DNA from: a bacterium
Lineage (GTDB): Bacteria > Bdellovibrionota_C > UBA2361 > CALJRW01
Reading direction: 5' to 3'
Length of the DNA: 64,000 bases
Assembly: GCA_031385045.1 (NCBI GenBank)
Contig: JANNBC010000025.1
Coordinates: forward strand, 18,511 to 82,510
This document shows positions 17,742 through 27,895 of this stretch, piece after piece. The notes below the pieces were generated by a model, which was not told the DNA's origin, made no database searches, and worked only from the letters and a program-made list of their open reading frames with translations. The translations under genes and the position numbers were made by a program. Numbering within the stretch: the first letter of the stretch is position 1; the number at the start of each line of letters is the position of its first letter.

Positions 17742-20700
17742 ATGTCTCATAAGTCGTTTCTCGCTCTTTTTTTATTTTTCCTAGCTAATCTGCTGGAAGC
17801 TCAGGCTCCAGGGAACGTTACAGCTAACTTTCCGCTTTGGTTAAAGGCTAATGCTGGGACGTCTACCACAACAGATGGTGTGGGTGTTCAGACATGGACG
17901 GATCAGGCAACAGCATTGGGAGGAAGTAATAATGCTACTCAAGCTACAGCAGCCAATCGACCACTCTATAAAAGTCTTACTCCAATTAATTTTAATCCTT
18001 ACATTCGTTTTGATGGAGTTAGTGATCGCTTTCAGATTGCCTCCAATACTAGCATTAATAACGTAGCCAGTCTTACTAAGTCTGTATATTATGCCTTTCG
18101 AACTGGTAGTAGCGTGATTTCTCCTGTCAGGCAGTTAATTTATAAAGAACGAAATCATCAGTCGGGTTTTAACTTATACCTATATAACGGGAATCTTTAC
18201 TGTTCAGCTTTTAAAACAAATACAGCACCAACATGGCCATGGAAGGGGAATAGTGTTGCCGCCACGCCTAACACTACTTATGTTGTAAGTTTTATTATGA
18301 ATGGGACTGCAGCTAATGCTGGAACGATTGCTTGCTATGTTAATAGTTCTCAGTTTGCGAATCTTACAGGTGTTGGTCAAATTCAAGCTGTAAATGCCAT
18401 TAGTAATATAGGTTCTAGAGAATTACGAACGAACTATGAAGGTGTTCAGGTTGCAAATGCTAATGCTGATTTTTCCGCCGTCGATTTTAGCGAAATTGCT
18501 TATTATAATGCTGCTCATACAACGGCAGAGCGCAATAAAATTGAGTCCTATCTGGGGGTAAAGTATGGAGTAACTCTTAATCAAACTGTTGCTAATAATT
18601 ACACCAACAGTGCTGGAACTGTAATTTTTAATGCTACAGGTACGCATAATTCTTATCGCAATGATATTGCCGGTATTATGATTGATACAAATTCTGGCCT
18701 TAGTCAATTACAGTCGAAATCTGTCAATACTGATGCAATCGTAACAATGTCCACAGCTTCTGCCATGGCGAATACTGAATCACTGCTCTGGGGGAATGAC
18801 AACGACGATAATGGTGTGATTCAGGAAATCTATACGGGGATTCCTGCTGGCGTTGCCGCTAGATTAGATCGAGTTTGGAGAGCCGATCAAACTGGTGATG
18901 TTGGGACTGTTACGATCACTTTTAACTTAAATGGCATTGCAGTGTCTGGAACCTCTGCCAGTCAATTTCGTTTGCTGGTTGATTCGGTTAATAGTGATTT
19001 TACATCAGGTGCTACCCAAGTAAATGCTGCCACATATTCTGGTGGAATTGTAACTTTTAATAATGTTGATTTTACTGGGGATGATTATTTTACATTAGTA
19101 ACTTATGTCACACCTAGTCCTCCTACCGTTACGTTAACTACTAATTCTAGTACTATTTTGGAAAATGGTGGGGTGGCAACTCTGACAGCAACCCTAAGTA
19201 ATATTTGGACATCCGCCGTAACTGTTAATTTAAGTTATAGTGGAACAGCTACAAACGTGACTGATTATTCTAGATCAGGAGCATCTATTACAATCCCTAT
19301 TAATTCCTTAAGTGGTTCAGTTACGCTTACGGCAATTGATGATGCTTTTAGTGAAGGAGCGGAAACTGTCATTACCGATATTAGTTCGGTTTCTGGAGGT
19401 GGTACGGAGAGCGGGGTGCAACAAGTTACAGTCACTATTACTGATGATGAGCCTGTTAATAATGCTTGCAGTGGTCAGGAGCGTATATTCACTACGGAAT
19501 TAGCAAGTGGTGATGTTAATACTTATAGTATTGCTGGGGTTTATCAAGCAACCTCAACCTCAGCCTATACTCAAAACTATGAAATGATAATCGATCCAGA
19601 TAATAATTATCGTTATCTAGCATCCTATGGCAACCTTCGAATTACTAGAGCTAACTTTGATGGAACAGGGGAGATAACTCTTTTTAATACATCTCTGTAT
19701 TCAGCAAATCCTCCTTTTCAAGTTACAATTAATCCAAACCAAGGCAAAATTTATTGGACAGATTGGGCAGCAAATACAGCTAACATTTTTTGTGCCAATC
19801 TTGATGGTACGGGAACACCAGTTGCCATCGCTACGGGATTAAATTACCCGACTGGTATGCAGATCGATAAAAACACAGGGCGTTTATATGTTTACTTTGG
19901 TCTTAATGCGCCTATTACCTTAACTACAGCTCTGACTAACGGAAGTTGTGGTGCAATTACTTTAGCAACACTTTTAAATACGGGACTAGACTTAGCTTAT
20001 AATTTAACAATCGATCCTCCAGGAAATCGACTTTTCTTTGTAGATTACAACTCACAAACGATCAAAAAGGTTAATACAGATGGTACTTCTTTAGTTACTC
20101 TCCGAACTTTAACTGCTCCTGGGGACCAGATGCGGGATATCGTTTATAATAAGAATACTAATAACCTTTACTGGGTTCACACTAATGGTGTGATTCAGCG
20201 AGCCTTGGCCGATGGAACTGGTGGGATTACAACTGTTGTTGCCAGTGGTCAGCCTGATAGTCGTTCGATTGATATTTGTGTTGATGATGCTGCTCCACGT
20301 CTAAGTCGTTTTTATAGTACTTCAGCTAACAGTCGCTATTGTCCGATTGTTCCAATTAATAGCATTGATATTCGTGCGGTTTATGATGAATCGGTTGTTG
20401 CAGGTTCGACGATCACGGTGCAATTAAACAATGGGGCGAATGTCGTTTTGAGTTCAATCACAGGGAATGAAATATCTGGAACTTATACTGTCGGTGCTAC
20501 TGGTAGTGGTCAAACAATTGCTGATTTATCTGTTGCCAGTATTGTTAGTGAGTCTGTTTTAGATGTTAATAATAATACGCGAGTTAATTCTACAGTTCCA
20601 GCTAGTCCAAATAACTTAGGAGATTCTTCCAATATTGTTGTTGATACTTCTGCTCCTGTGATTACAGAAGTAACGCCCGTAGCTTCTCCAACAATAAATC

Positions 20701-22388
20701 GTAATCCAACATATGTTATTAACTCTAGTGAGGTGGCAACAATTTCCTTTGGTGGTTCATGTAATAGTGTTACCACTAGTTTAGTAGCGGGGAATAACAC
20801 AATTACTTTGGATTCTAATGGCGCGGGAGGACAGTTAGCTGATGGGGTTTACAGTAACTGTACGATAACAGTGACCGATGCTTCTGCTTGTAATACTACG
20901 AATTATAATATTTCTGCTTTTACAGTGGCAGCGACAGTTCCAACTGTCACTCTTAGTCGAAATTTTGCAACGATTAATGAAGCTGCTGGAGTAGCAACTT
21001 TTACAGCCACCTTGATTAATACCTATGCCTTAGCAACGACTGTTAATCTTAGTTTTAGTGGAACAGCAGGCGGTAGTGATTATTCTGCTTCTAATACTCA
21101 GATTGTGATTCCAGCACTTAGTACTACTGGGACGATTACAGTTACAGCAACTGAGGATCTTTTGGTTGAAAGTACTGAAACAGTCATCGTTGATATCTCA
21201 ACAGTTACAAATGGAACTGAAAGTGGTGTGCAACAGGCTTCAACTTCAATCTTAGATAATGATTCTCCATCTTCTGTAACACTTTCAACAAACCTCAGTA
21301 GTATCTCAGAAGCTGGCGGAGTAGCAATTTTAACCGCGACACTAAATACTCTTAGTGCATTAAATGTAACAGCAAATTTAACCTACACGGGAACGGCAGC
21401 TAATGGCACTGATTATACAGCCGCGACTAGTATCGTAATTACGGCAGGTAGTCTTTCCGCTAGTATTAATTTAACCGGACTAGAAGATGCTACTTTTGAA
21501 GTCACAGAAACAGCTATCGTTGATATTAGTAGTGTTACTAATGGTACAGAAGCTGGTGTTCAGCAAGTAACAGTGAGTATTACAGAGGATGCTGTTTGTA
21601 ATCAGCCTGCTTGGCCGGCTCCTCATGGATTAACCAAATATATTGCCATGAGTTTTGAGCGAACTTTTGCTTCCACTAATGGATATGTGCCGCCAAGTGG
21701 TGATGCTTTTGATACTTACCTTGCTCGAAACCAAACTCAAAAAGATGCTAAGCGTGATAGTGCCTATGCCTTTTTCTTAAGCGAGTATGGACTTGATTTT
21801 GCAAATGATGGAATTTCTTGCCCAGGGGGAATTTGTATTATGAATGGGCCTGATGCTCAAGTCATGCTTCGTTACATAAGTTTTGATAGTAATTTTCAAG
21901 CTAAGATTAATGCTGCAAGTAGTTACAAAGTTGATACTTCTGGTGGTGATTTAAGAGCTGGTATTTATCAGGTACTTACTTTTGATACTGAAAATATGTC
22001 TGGCAATGATGGTACAATTTTAAATGGTGCTTGGGGTGGAGGCCCCGGTAAACTAGTTCCTCGTGGTACAGTTTTAGAGTACGGTGAATATCAACTCCAA
22101 ATTTTATATCCTTGCACAGATGCCCCTAATCCAAACTTTACTAGAACCGATACCTTTTTAGTTGAATTTCAAAGTCAGAAACCAAGTTTAGCTGATTTTA
22201 ATGAGGATAACGGAGCTTTCTTTCTTGATATTCCACAAATTTTTGAATATGAAATTACAAATGTAACTCCTAATTTTCCTACAGGATTTGTGAATGGTGA
22301 GATAATTGGTCGGACTGAGATTAGGCAAGATCCTGCTAGTCCTTATAACGTTACCGCTATTTCTAGTGTTACTTTGACAGTTCCTTAG
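17742..22388 (+). CDS. Giant secreted surface protein (1548 aa) with LamG-like N-terminal region, three Calx-beta-like repeats and a YWTD/NHL-type beta-propeller
   Basis: A signal peptide MSHKSFLALFLFFLANLLEAQA. Three repeats of about 105 aa each end in VTVTITDDE, STSILDNDS or VTVSITEDA (the Calx-beta signature). Propeller blades show KIYWTDW, RLYVYF, RLFFVDY and NLYWVH motifs. The protein is very Thr/Ser/Asn/Gly-rich. Confidence 0.75.
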   Translation: MSHKSFLALFLFFLANLLEAQAPGNVTANFPLWLKANAGTSTTTDGVGVQTWTDQATALGGSNNATQATAANRPLYKSLTPINFNPYIRFDGVSDRFQIASNTSINNVASLTKSVYYAFRTGSSVISPVRQLIYKERNHQSGFNLYLYNGNLYCSAFKTNTAPTWPWKGNSVAATPNTTYVVSFIMNGTAANAGTIACYVNSSQFANLTGVGQIQAVNAISNIGSRELRTNYEGVQVANANADFSAVDFSEIAYYNAAHTTAERNKIESYLGVKYGVTLNQTVANNYTNSAGTVIFNATGTHNSYRNDIAGIMIDTNSGLSQLQSKSVNTDAIVTMSTASAMANTESLLWGNDNDDNGVIQEIYTGIPAGVAARLDRVWRADQTGDVGTVTITFNLNGIAVSGTSASQFRLLVDSVNSDFTSGATQVNAATYSGGIVTFNNVDFTGDDYFTLVTYVTPSPPTVTLTTNSSTILENGGVATLTATLSNIWTSAVTVNLSYSGTATNVTDYSRSGASITIPINSLSGSVTLTAIDDAFSEGAETVITDISSVSGGGTESGVQQVTVTITDDEPVNNACSGQERIFTTELASGDVNTYSIAGVYQATSTSAYTQNYEMIIDPDNNYRYLASYGNLRITRANFDGTGEITLFNTSLYSANPPFQVTINPNQGKIYWTDWAANTANIFCANLDGTGTPVAIATGLNYPTGMQIDKNTGRLYVYFGLNAPITLTTALTNGSCGAITLATLLNTGLDLAYNLTIDPPGNRLFFVDYNSQTIKKVNTDGTSLVTLRTLTAPGDQMRDIVYNKNTNNLYWVHTNGVIQRALADGTGGITTVVASGQPDSRSIDICVDDAAPRLSRFYSTSANSRYCPIVPINSIDIRAVYDESVVAGSTITVQLNNGANVVLSSITGNEISGTYTVGATGSGQTIADLSVASIVSESVLDVNNNTRVNSTVPASPNNLGDSSNIVVDTSAPVITEVTPVASPTINRNPTYVINSSEVATISFGGSCNSVTTSLVAGNNTITLDSNGAGGQLADGVYSNCTITVTDASACNTTNYNISAFTVAATVPTVTLSRNFATINEAAGVATFTATLINTYALATTVNLSFSGTAGGSDYSASNTQIVIPALSTTGTITVTATEDLLVESTETVIVDISTVTNGTESGVQQASTSILDNDSPSSVTLSTNLSSISEAGGVAILTATLNTLSALNVTANLTYTGTAANGTDYTAATSIVITAGSLSASINLTGLEDATFEVTETAIVDISSVTNGTEAGVQQVTVSITEDAVCNQPAWPAPHGLTKYIAMSFERTFASTNGYVPPSGDAFDTYLARNQTQKDAKRDSAYAFFLSEYGLDFANDGISCPGGICIMNGPDAQVMLRYISFDSNFQAKINAASSYKVDTSGGDLRAGIYQVLTFDTENMSGNDGTILNGAWGGGPGKLVPRGTVLEYGEYQLQILYPCTDAPNPNFTRTDTFLVEFQSQKPSLADFNEDNGAFFLDIPQIFEYEITNVTPNFPTGFVNGEIIGRTEIRQDPASPYNVTAISSVTLTVP

Positions 22389-22436
22389 TTAAAGTGGAAT
22401 AGTTTTCAGAAATTATATAAAGTATTAGTTTTGTTT

Positions 22437-22460
22437 ATACACTGCGTGTATTGTTTTTTT
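22437..22460 (+). terminator. Intrinsic terminator ATACAC-tgc-GTGTAT + TGTTTTTTT after the giant gene
   Basis: A 6-bp stem followed by a T7 tract about 50 nt after the stop at 22388. Confidence 0.55.
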
Positions 22461-22565
22461 GGTATTGAGTACCGAGGCATTTTTAGTAATCCGCCGTCGC
22501 TGGAAGATCTTTAGGGAATATAAGATATTTTTGAGGCTATGGCGGATAAAGTGTTAGTTTTTTTT

Positions 22566-22589
22566 GTACGCTTTGCGTACTATTTTTTT
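22566..22589 (+). terminator. Second hairpin/T-tract GTACGC-ttt-GCGTAC + TATTTTTTT just upstream of the menB start
   Basis: It has the same architecture as the 22437 element and lies 11 nt before the menB ATG at 22600. It falls inside the ORF-track version of menB (22564), which argues that the real start is 22600. Confidence 0.45.
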
Positions 22590-22599
22590 GGTACACTTT

Positions 22600-23412
22600 A
22601 TGTGGAATAAGATTAAGGAATTTAGTGATATTTTATTTGAAATTTCTGCTGGTCATTTACCAGAGGGAGTTGCTAAGATCACAATCAATCGCCCTGAGCG
22701 ACGCAATGCTTTTCGCCCCGAAACTGTGTCTCAATTACAAGAGGCTTTTATGGTTTGTTGGTCAAATCCTGCTGTTAAAACAATTATCCTAACAGGCGCA
22801 GGAGACCTGGCTTTTTGTGCTGGTGGCGATCAGAAGATTCGTGGTCATGCTGGATATAAAACTGAGCAGGGTGGTGAAACCTTAAATGTTTTAGAGTTAC
22901 AAAGAATTATTCGAACAATTCCTAAACCAGTAATTGCCATGATTGCTGGATATGCCATTGGTGGTGGTCATGTCCTACACGTAATTTGTGATTTAAGTAT
23001 TGCGGCTGATAATGCAATTTTTGGTCAAACAGGCCCAAGGGTTGGATCTTTTGATGGTGGATTCGGGGCTAGTTATTTAGCAAGAATTGTTGGCCAGAAA
23101 AAAGCGCGTGAAATTTGGTATCTTTGCCGGCAGTATAATGCCACAGAGGCTTATCAGATGGGATTAGTGAATAAGGTCGTGCCACTTGCGGAGTTAGAGC
23201 AAGAAACACTTGATTGGTGTAAGGATATTGTTAAACATAGTCCAACTGCATTAAGATTATTAAAATCTTCCTTTAATGCCGAGCTTGATGGACAAGCAGG
23301 TATTCAGGAGCTGGCTGGTAACGCAACTATGTTATTTTATCAGACTGCTGAAGCACAAGAAGGTCGCGATGCCTTTGTTGAGAAGCGCACACCTGATTTC
23401 TCTAAGTTTTAA
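22600..23412 (+). CDS. menB: 1,4-dihydroxy-2-naphthoyl-CoA synthase
   Basis: A crotonase fold with [15 protein letters not shown] and [13 protein letters not shown], plus the MenB C-terminus [17 protein letters not shown]. The start is moved to the ATG at 22600 because of the upstream terminator hairpin. Confidence 0.85.
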   Translation: MWNKIKEFSDILFEISAGHLPEGVAKITINRPERRNAFRPETVSQLQEAFMVCWSNPAVKTIILTGAGDLAFCAGGDQKIRGHAGYKTEQGGETLNVLELQRIIRTIPKPVIAMIAGYAIGGGHVLHVICDLSIAADNAIFGQTGPRVGSFDGGFGASYLARIVGQKKAREIWYLCRQYNATEAYQMGLVNKVVPLAELEQETLDWCKDIVKHSPTALRLLKSSFNAELDGQAGIQELAGNATMLFYQTAEAQEGRDAFVEKRTPDFSKF

Positions 23413-23424
23413 ATTACTACACAG

Positions 23425-24633
23425 TTGAACCTAATCGATTTAGAAGCATATTTAGTAAGTAATCCAGTAAAGACAATTTTACTACATCTGGAGAACTCCT
23501 TAACTTATGTTGAATTAATCCAGTTTCTTGGACAAAAAGATCTACAGCTAATCTTATTAAATCCTCGGGAATTAACTTCTAAGATTCAAGAAATAAATCA
23601 ACACCAACACATTGATTTAGTCATTAGTAATCTTAGCGATTTACCAAATATTACACATTTCTCCCCAGAGAAAATTTTCATTCCACGCCATTCACACCTA
23701 GATGATCAGCCAGAATTTTTAGCGCAAGTCTCGATCTTAAGTTCTGGAACTGAAAACTTAAAACTCTGGACCTTTAATTTAAAAGAGCTTTTTCTGCGAG
23801 CTAGGATGTTTGTGGAACATTTCAGTTTGGGGAACGCTAATTTTATATTATCAATTTCTTTTGCTTCAATCGCCGGCCTAAATCTTTTGCTTCGAGCTTG
23901 GCAGGCACAGGGGAGTATCGAATTTGAATTAGAAGAAGCTAGTAGTTTTGAAGACACAGTGGTTTCCTTATTCCCAACGCAATTAAGACTCTGGTATCAG
24001 AATAATCTAGCTTTAATTCATCAACTAGAATCAGCTCAAGTCATTTTTCTAGGAGGCGAGCCCCTAGACCCTGTTTCTGAAAAAATTATTCAAGATTTTA
24101 ACCTACCAGTTGTTTTAACCTATGCCTTAACTGAGGCAGGAGGAACGGTAGCTTGTAAGAATATTTTTGAGGATTTCTATCAAGGTTTACCGGAGTATAC
24201 ATTTAGGATTGAGAAGCAAGAAGATACGTCTCTTCAAAATTCTGGCCAATTGATCATTGAGCGGATGGTTGAGGATCGTAAGATTCAGATTCCAACCAAT
24301 GATTTTGTAGAGTTAATTTCAGATTCCCAAATCAAAACAATTAGTCGAAAAAAGACTTTTGTAAATCGTGGTGGTTTTAAATTTGAAGTTGGTTTTTTAG
24401 AACGTAAAATCGTCCAAGCTTTTACCTTTAAGCATCTGACGTGCCTAAAGTTTCCTGACCAAAGTTTTGGTGAAAGAGTTATTTGTTTCTATCAAGGGGA
24501 GGCTTCAGTCGCTCAGCTGGAAGAGTGGTCCAAGGCTAATCTAGCGGTTTACTTACAGCCAGAGTTTCGGGAAGTAGCAGATTGGCCAGTTCTCAGTAAT
24601 GGTAAAACTAATCTACGGGCTTTAAATCCTTAA
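23425..24633 (+). CDS. menE: Adenylate-forming enzyme, probable o-succinylbenzoate-CoA ligase (MenE-like, short/divergent)
   Basis: It follows menB. It carries an A5-like motif TYALTEAGG and a C-terminal NGKTNLRAL (the A10 lysine). The P-loop-like SILSSGTEN is degenerate. At 402 aa it is shorter than the typical MenE. Confidence 0.5.
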   Translation: MNLIDLEAYLVSNPVKTILLHLENSLTYVELIQFLGQKDLQLILLNPRELTSKIQEINQHQHIDLVISNLSDLPNITHFSPEKIFIPRHSHLDDQPEFLAQVSILSSGTENLKLWTFNLKELFLRARMFVEHFSLGNANFILSISFASIAGLNLLLRAWQAQGSIEFELEEASSFEDTVVSLFPTQLRLWYQNNLALIHQLESAQVIFLGGEPLDPVSEKIIQDFNLPVVLTYALTEAGGTVACKNIFEDFYQGLPEYTFRIEKQEDTSLQNSGQLIIERMVEDRKIQIPTNDFVELISDSQIKTISRKKTFVNRGGFKFEVGFLERKIVQAFTFKHLTCLKFPDQSFGERVICFYQGEASVAQLEEWSKANLAVYLQPEFREVADWPVLSNGKTNLRALNP

Positions 24634-24719
24634 ATAAAAGCTATTGTTATCTATCTTTTTGAATCCCTTTATTTCGTCTATAATCTAAAGCTTATGTTCA
24701 TTTCTACCGATATTTTATC

Positions 24720-25580
24720 ATGTATTTAAGGTTTCTCACAGTTTTTTGCATTTTTTCATTATTTGCAGGTAATTGTTTTGCTCAAGCCTGTGTTGGTGGA
24801 GTTGATACCTCTGGTAATCAGACTACACCTACTGGATTAACTAATTTTTTTGTTTTGTCATCAGAGGAATCTTTTAATGCACCATCATTTAGTACGTTCG
24901 ATGTAGTAGCAAATCCTAGTATTGATGGGGACCGCTTTGATATTGATAAAATGGGCCGGAGCGTTGCGGCACAGATTGTTCAGCGACAGCTTGCCGTTGA
25001 TTATTTTGTGAATCAGTTTGGTGTTAACTTTAGCACCACTGTAAACGCTGACACTAATCATACTCAAAAATCTTGGGTTAGTAATGATGGTAAGTGGAAG
25101 ATGTATCATTTTACAATTGAACCAAGATATAACCAAAGAATTGTTTATTCTGGTGGAGAATATGTTCCAACTGATGGTTGGAAAGTTAATCAGGGATTTT
25201 ATCGGATGATGGCTGAATCTGGAAATAATACAGCGTCAACTACAGGCGCATGGGGAGAACTTGTTACAAGAACTGTCTTGGACTCCACCTTCGCTGATTT
25301 TGGTGAAATGAGGATTGAACAACGTTTGCCTTGTGTCACTAGTGGATTTCAAACATCTAATATCGATCTAAATTATGAAAGTATCAGACCAACCTTTCTC
25401 GACGTACTATCTAGGTTTGGAAGTTCTTATGGGTATTTAGGAAATCGAGCAAATATTGATTACAATATTTATAAAGAATCAACTGCTCTAACAGGAAAAG
25501 CTCGTGGACGAGTAGAATTAAAATCTTTCGGAAGTAATAATTATACCGCGCAAGTTCGAATTGTTTTGAAACTTAGTTAA
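24720..25580 (+). CDS. Secreted hypothetical protein
   Basis: Signal peptide MYLRFLTVFCIFSLFAGNCFA. 286 aa with no recognised domain. Confidence 0.45.
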   Translation: MYLRFLTVFCIFSLFAGNCFAQACVGGVDTSGNQTTPTGLTNFFVLSSEESFNAPSFSTFDVVANPSIDGDRFDIDKMGRSVAAQIVQRQLAVDYFVNQFGVNFSTTVNADTNHTQKSWVSNDGKWKMYHFTIEPRYNQRIVYSGGEYVPTDGWKVNQGFYRMMAESGNNTASTTGAWGELVTRTVLDSTFADFGEMRIEQRLPCVTSGFQTSNIDLNYESIRPTFLDVLSRFGSSYGYLGNRANIDYNIYKESTALTGKARGRVELKSFGSNNYTAQVRIVLKLS

Positions 25581-25980
25581 TTGCTCCAAGAAAGGTTTCT
25601 TTCATTTTTTCAGTAATTGCCTGAAACTGACTCAGGCGCTGATAAGTAAAGCCTTCTCGTTCTAATATAGCTGTTCTCTCTGGTAAATATTGTACACTTC
25701 CAAATTCATTTGTTCCCAATTTTCCAATCACTACAAAAAGCTCTGGTCGGTTACGGTCTTGATAAATTGACCATTTTAATCCCATCAGACTGGCGTCATT
25801 TGCCTGCTCACAGACCATTACTCGATCTTTTCCTAAGCGTTCCAGAAAATTCATGGCGTCAGTTGTTAGGGCAGTTCTAAGCCCCGATCTATGCTTCCAA
25901 TCAGCGAGATATTCATCGGGGTTTCTTGGTAGGCTAGCTTGTGGGTGTTTGGTACAATGTAGTGGGATCATGAGGAACAC
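25573..25980 (-). CDS. Hypothetical protein (135 aa)
   Basis: An ORF with no recognised motif. It is convergent with the preceding gene and overlaps it by 8 nt. Confidence 0.35.
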   Translation of the reverse strand: MFLMIPLHCTKHPQASLPRNPDEYLADWKHRSGLRTALTTDAMNFLERLGKDRVMVCEQANDASLMGLKWSIYQDRNRPELFVVIGKLGTNEFGSVQYLPERTAILEREGFTYQRLSQFQAITEKMKETFLGAIN

Positions 25981-26067
25981 TTATATTACTTTGCTATTGT
26001 AAAACTAATCTATTCTTAGTCAAAGCAATTGCAACAAAATTACAAATTAAATTAATCTTGCGTCGAA

Positions 26068-27669
26068 TTAACTTAAAATTGTATCCTTTTGCATCGAATC
26101 ACTAGTTTCTAGGTGATCAATATTATAATGTAAGCCGCGACTTTCTTTCCTGAGCATAGCAGAGCGGATTACTAAGTTTGCTACAAGACTTAGATTTCTA
26201 AGCTCTAGTAAGTCCGACGTTAATTTGAAATCCCAGTAGTACTGTTTAATTTCCTTTTCAATTAAATTACTTCGTTCCAGCGCTCGTTCCAGCCGTTTAT
26301 CACTCCTAACAATTCCCACAAAGTTCCACATGAAGCGACGAATCTCTTCCCAGTTTTGGGTGATGACTACTGCTTCATTACTATCTTTGGCTGTTCCAAT
26401 GTTCCAAGCAGGGATTGGAGGCAGACTTCTTTTTTGATCTAAATTTTGTAGTGAAGATTCAGCTGCGCGGTAAGCAAAAACTAGTCCTTCTAGTAAAGAA
26501 TTAGATGCTAAGCGATTAGCACCATGAAGACCAGTGTGTGAGGCTTCACCAGCAACATAAAGGTTGGTAATTGTAGTTGCTGAATTTTGATCTACCACTA
26601 CACCACCACAACAATAATGGGCGGCAGGTACAACTGGAATGGCTTGTTTAGTAATATCAATTCCAAACTTTAAACAGTTATCATAAATATTTGGAAAGTG
26701 ATTTTTAATAAATTCTTCACCTCGATGACGAATATCTAACATGACATGATCTTCCCCGTGAGCTTTCATTTCATTATCAATTGCCCGAGCGACGATATCA
26801 CGAGGGGCAAGTTCTGCCTGAGCAGAATACTTATCCATAAATCGTTTGCCATTTATCCTCGTTAGAATTGCTCCTTCACCGCGCATTGCTTCGGTGATCA
26901 AAAAAGATTTAGCTTGGGGATGATATAGGCATGTCGGATGAAATTGAAAAAATTCCATATTAGCAACAGCAACACCTGCACGGTAGCACATAGCAATTCC
27001 ATCTCCAGAAGCAACGTCAGGATTAGATGTATAGAGATAAACTTTACCTGCTCCACCAGTAGCCATCAAGACTCGGTCCGCAGTAAAGATTTCCACGTGA
27101 CCTTTAGGATTTAAGACATAGGCTCCGAGTACTCGATTATTAAGATTTGTTTCAAAATTTAATTTATGGGTGGTGATTAAATCGACTGCATTATAATTAG
27201 GAAAAAATGTAATATTAGAATTTCGTTCACAGGCTTCAAGTAAAGTCTTTTGAATTTCCCAACCTGTAGCATCGGCGTTGTGTAATATACGACGACAAGA
27301 ATGTCCGCCTTCTTGATGTAGCTCATAAGAAGCACTTCCTGCTAAACGATCAAAGTTGGCTCCATAATCAATTAATTCTTGGACACGCTCAGGGCCTTCA
27401 GAGACAACTATTCTGGCGATCTCTGGATTAACTAAACCAGCACCAGCATTAATTGTATCTTGGATGTGTAATTCGAAAGAGTCATCTTCTGTTTGCACGG
27501 CAGCAATTCCACCTTGTGCCCAAGCAGTGGAAGATTCCTTGGTCGATTTCTTAAACAGCACAGCAACCGTTCCATGTTCAGCAACTTTTAGGGCATAGGA
27601 AAGGCCAGCAATGCCTCCGCCGATAACTAGGAAATTGTAACTTGTTTGGGGAGATAATGCGTTTGGCAG
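26068..27669 (-). CDS. nadB: L-aspartate oxidase (start codon uncertain, see findings)
   Basis: The ORF track starts at GTG 27561 (..VLFKKSTKESSTAWAQGGIAAV). The same frame stays open upstream to 27762. There it encodes SYNFLVIGGGIAGLSYALKVAEHGTVAV, the FAD-binding GxGxxG N-terminus that aligns with E. coli NadB [27 protein letters not shown]. No ATG/GTG/TTG precedes it. The 5' end given is a CTG at 27669-27667, which is only a guess. Confidence 0.75.
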   Translation of the reverse strand: MPNALSPQTSYNFLVIGGGIAGLSYALKVAEHGTVAVLFKKSTKESSTAWAQGGIAAVQTEDDSFELHIQDTINAGAGLVNPEIARIVVSEGPERVQELIDYGANFDRLAGSASYELHQEGGHSCRRILHNADATGWEIQKTLLEACERNSNITFFPNYNAVDLITTHKLNFETNLNNRVLGAYVLNPKGHVEIFTADRVLMATGGAGKVYLYTSNPDVASGDGIAMCYRAGVAVANMEFFQFHPTCLYHPQAKSFLITEAMRGEGAILTRINGKRFMDKYSAQAELAPRDIVARAIDNEMKAHGEDHVMLDIRHRGEEFIKNHFPNIYDNCLKFGIDITKQAIPVVPAAHYCCGGVVVDQNSATTITNLYVAGEASHTGLHGANRLASNSLLEGLVFAYRAAESSLQNLDQKRSLPPIPAWNIGTAKDSNEAVVITQNWEEIRRFMWNFVGIVRSDKRLERALERSNLIEKEIKQYYWDFKLTSDLLELRNLSLVANLVIRSAMLRKESRGLHYNIDHLETSDSMQKDTILS

Positions 27670-27895
27670 GGGGAACTTTCTAAAAATAGGAATAATTTCT
27701 ATATAATATAGCTGAGTCTGTAGGCTAGGTCTATCATCCAGATTTAAGTTAAGAATTGAGTTTTAGTAGAGCATGATGGAGAGTATTAACTGCTTGATTT
27801 TATTAAAACAACTATAGATTTTGATGATAATTGAAAATGTCACATAGAGAATTAAAATTTCATAACTGTCTTAGATAATTTTTCAGCCAAATAGG

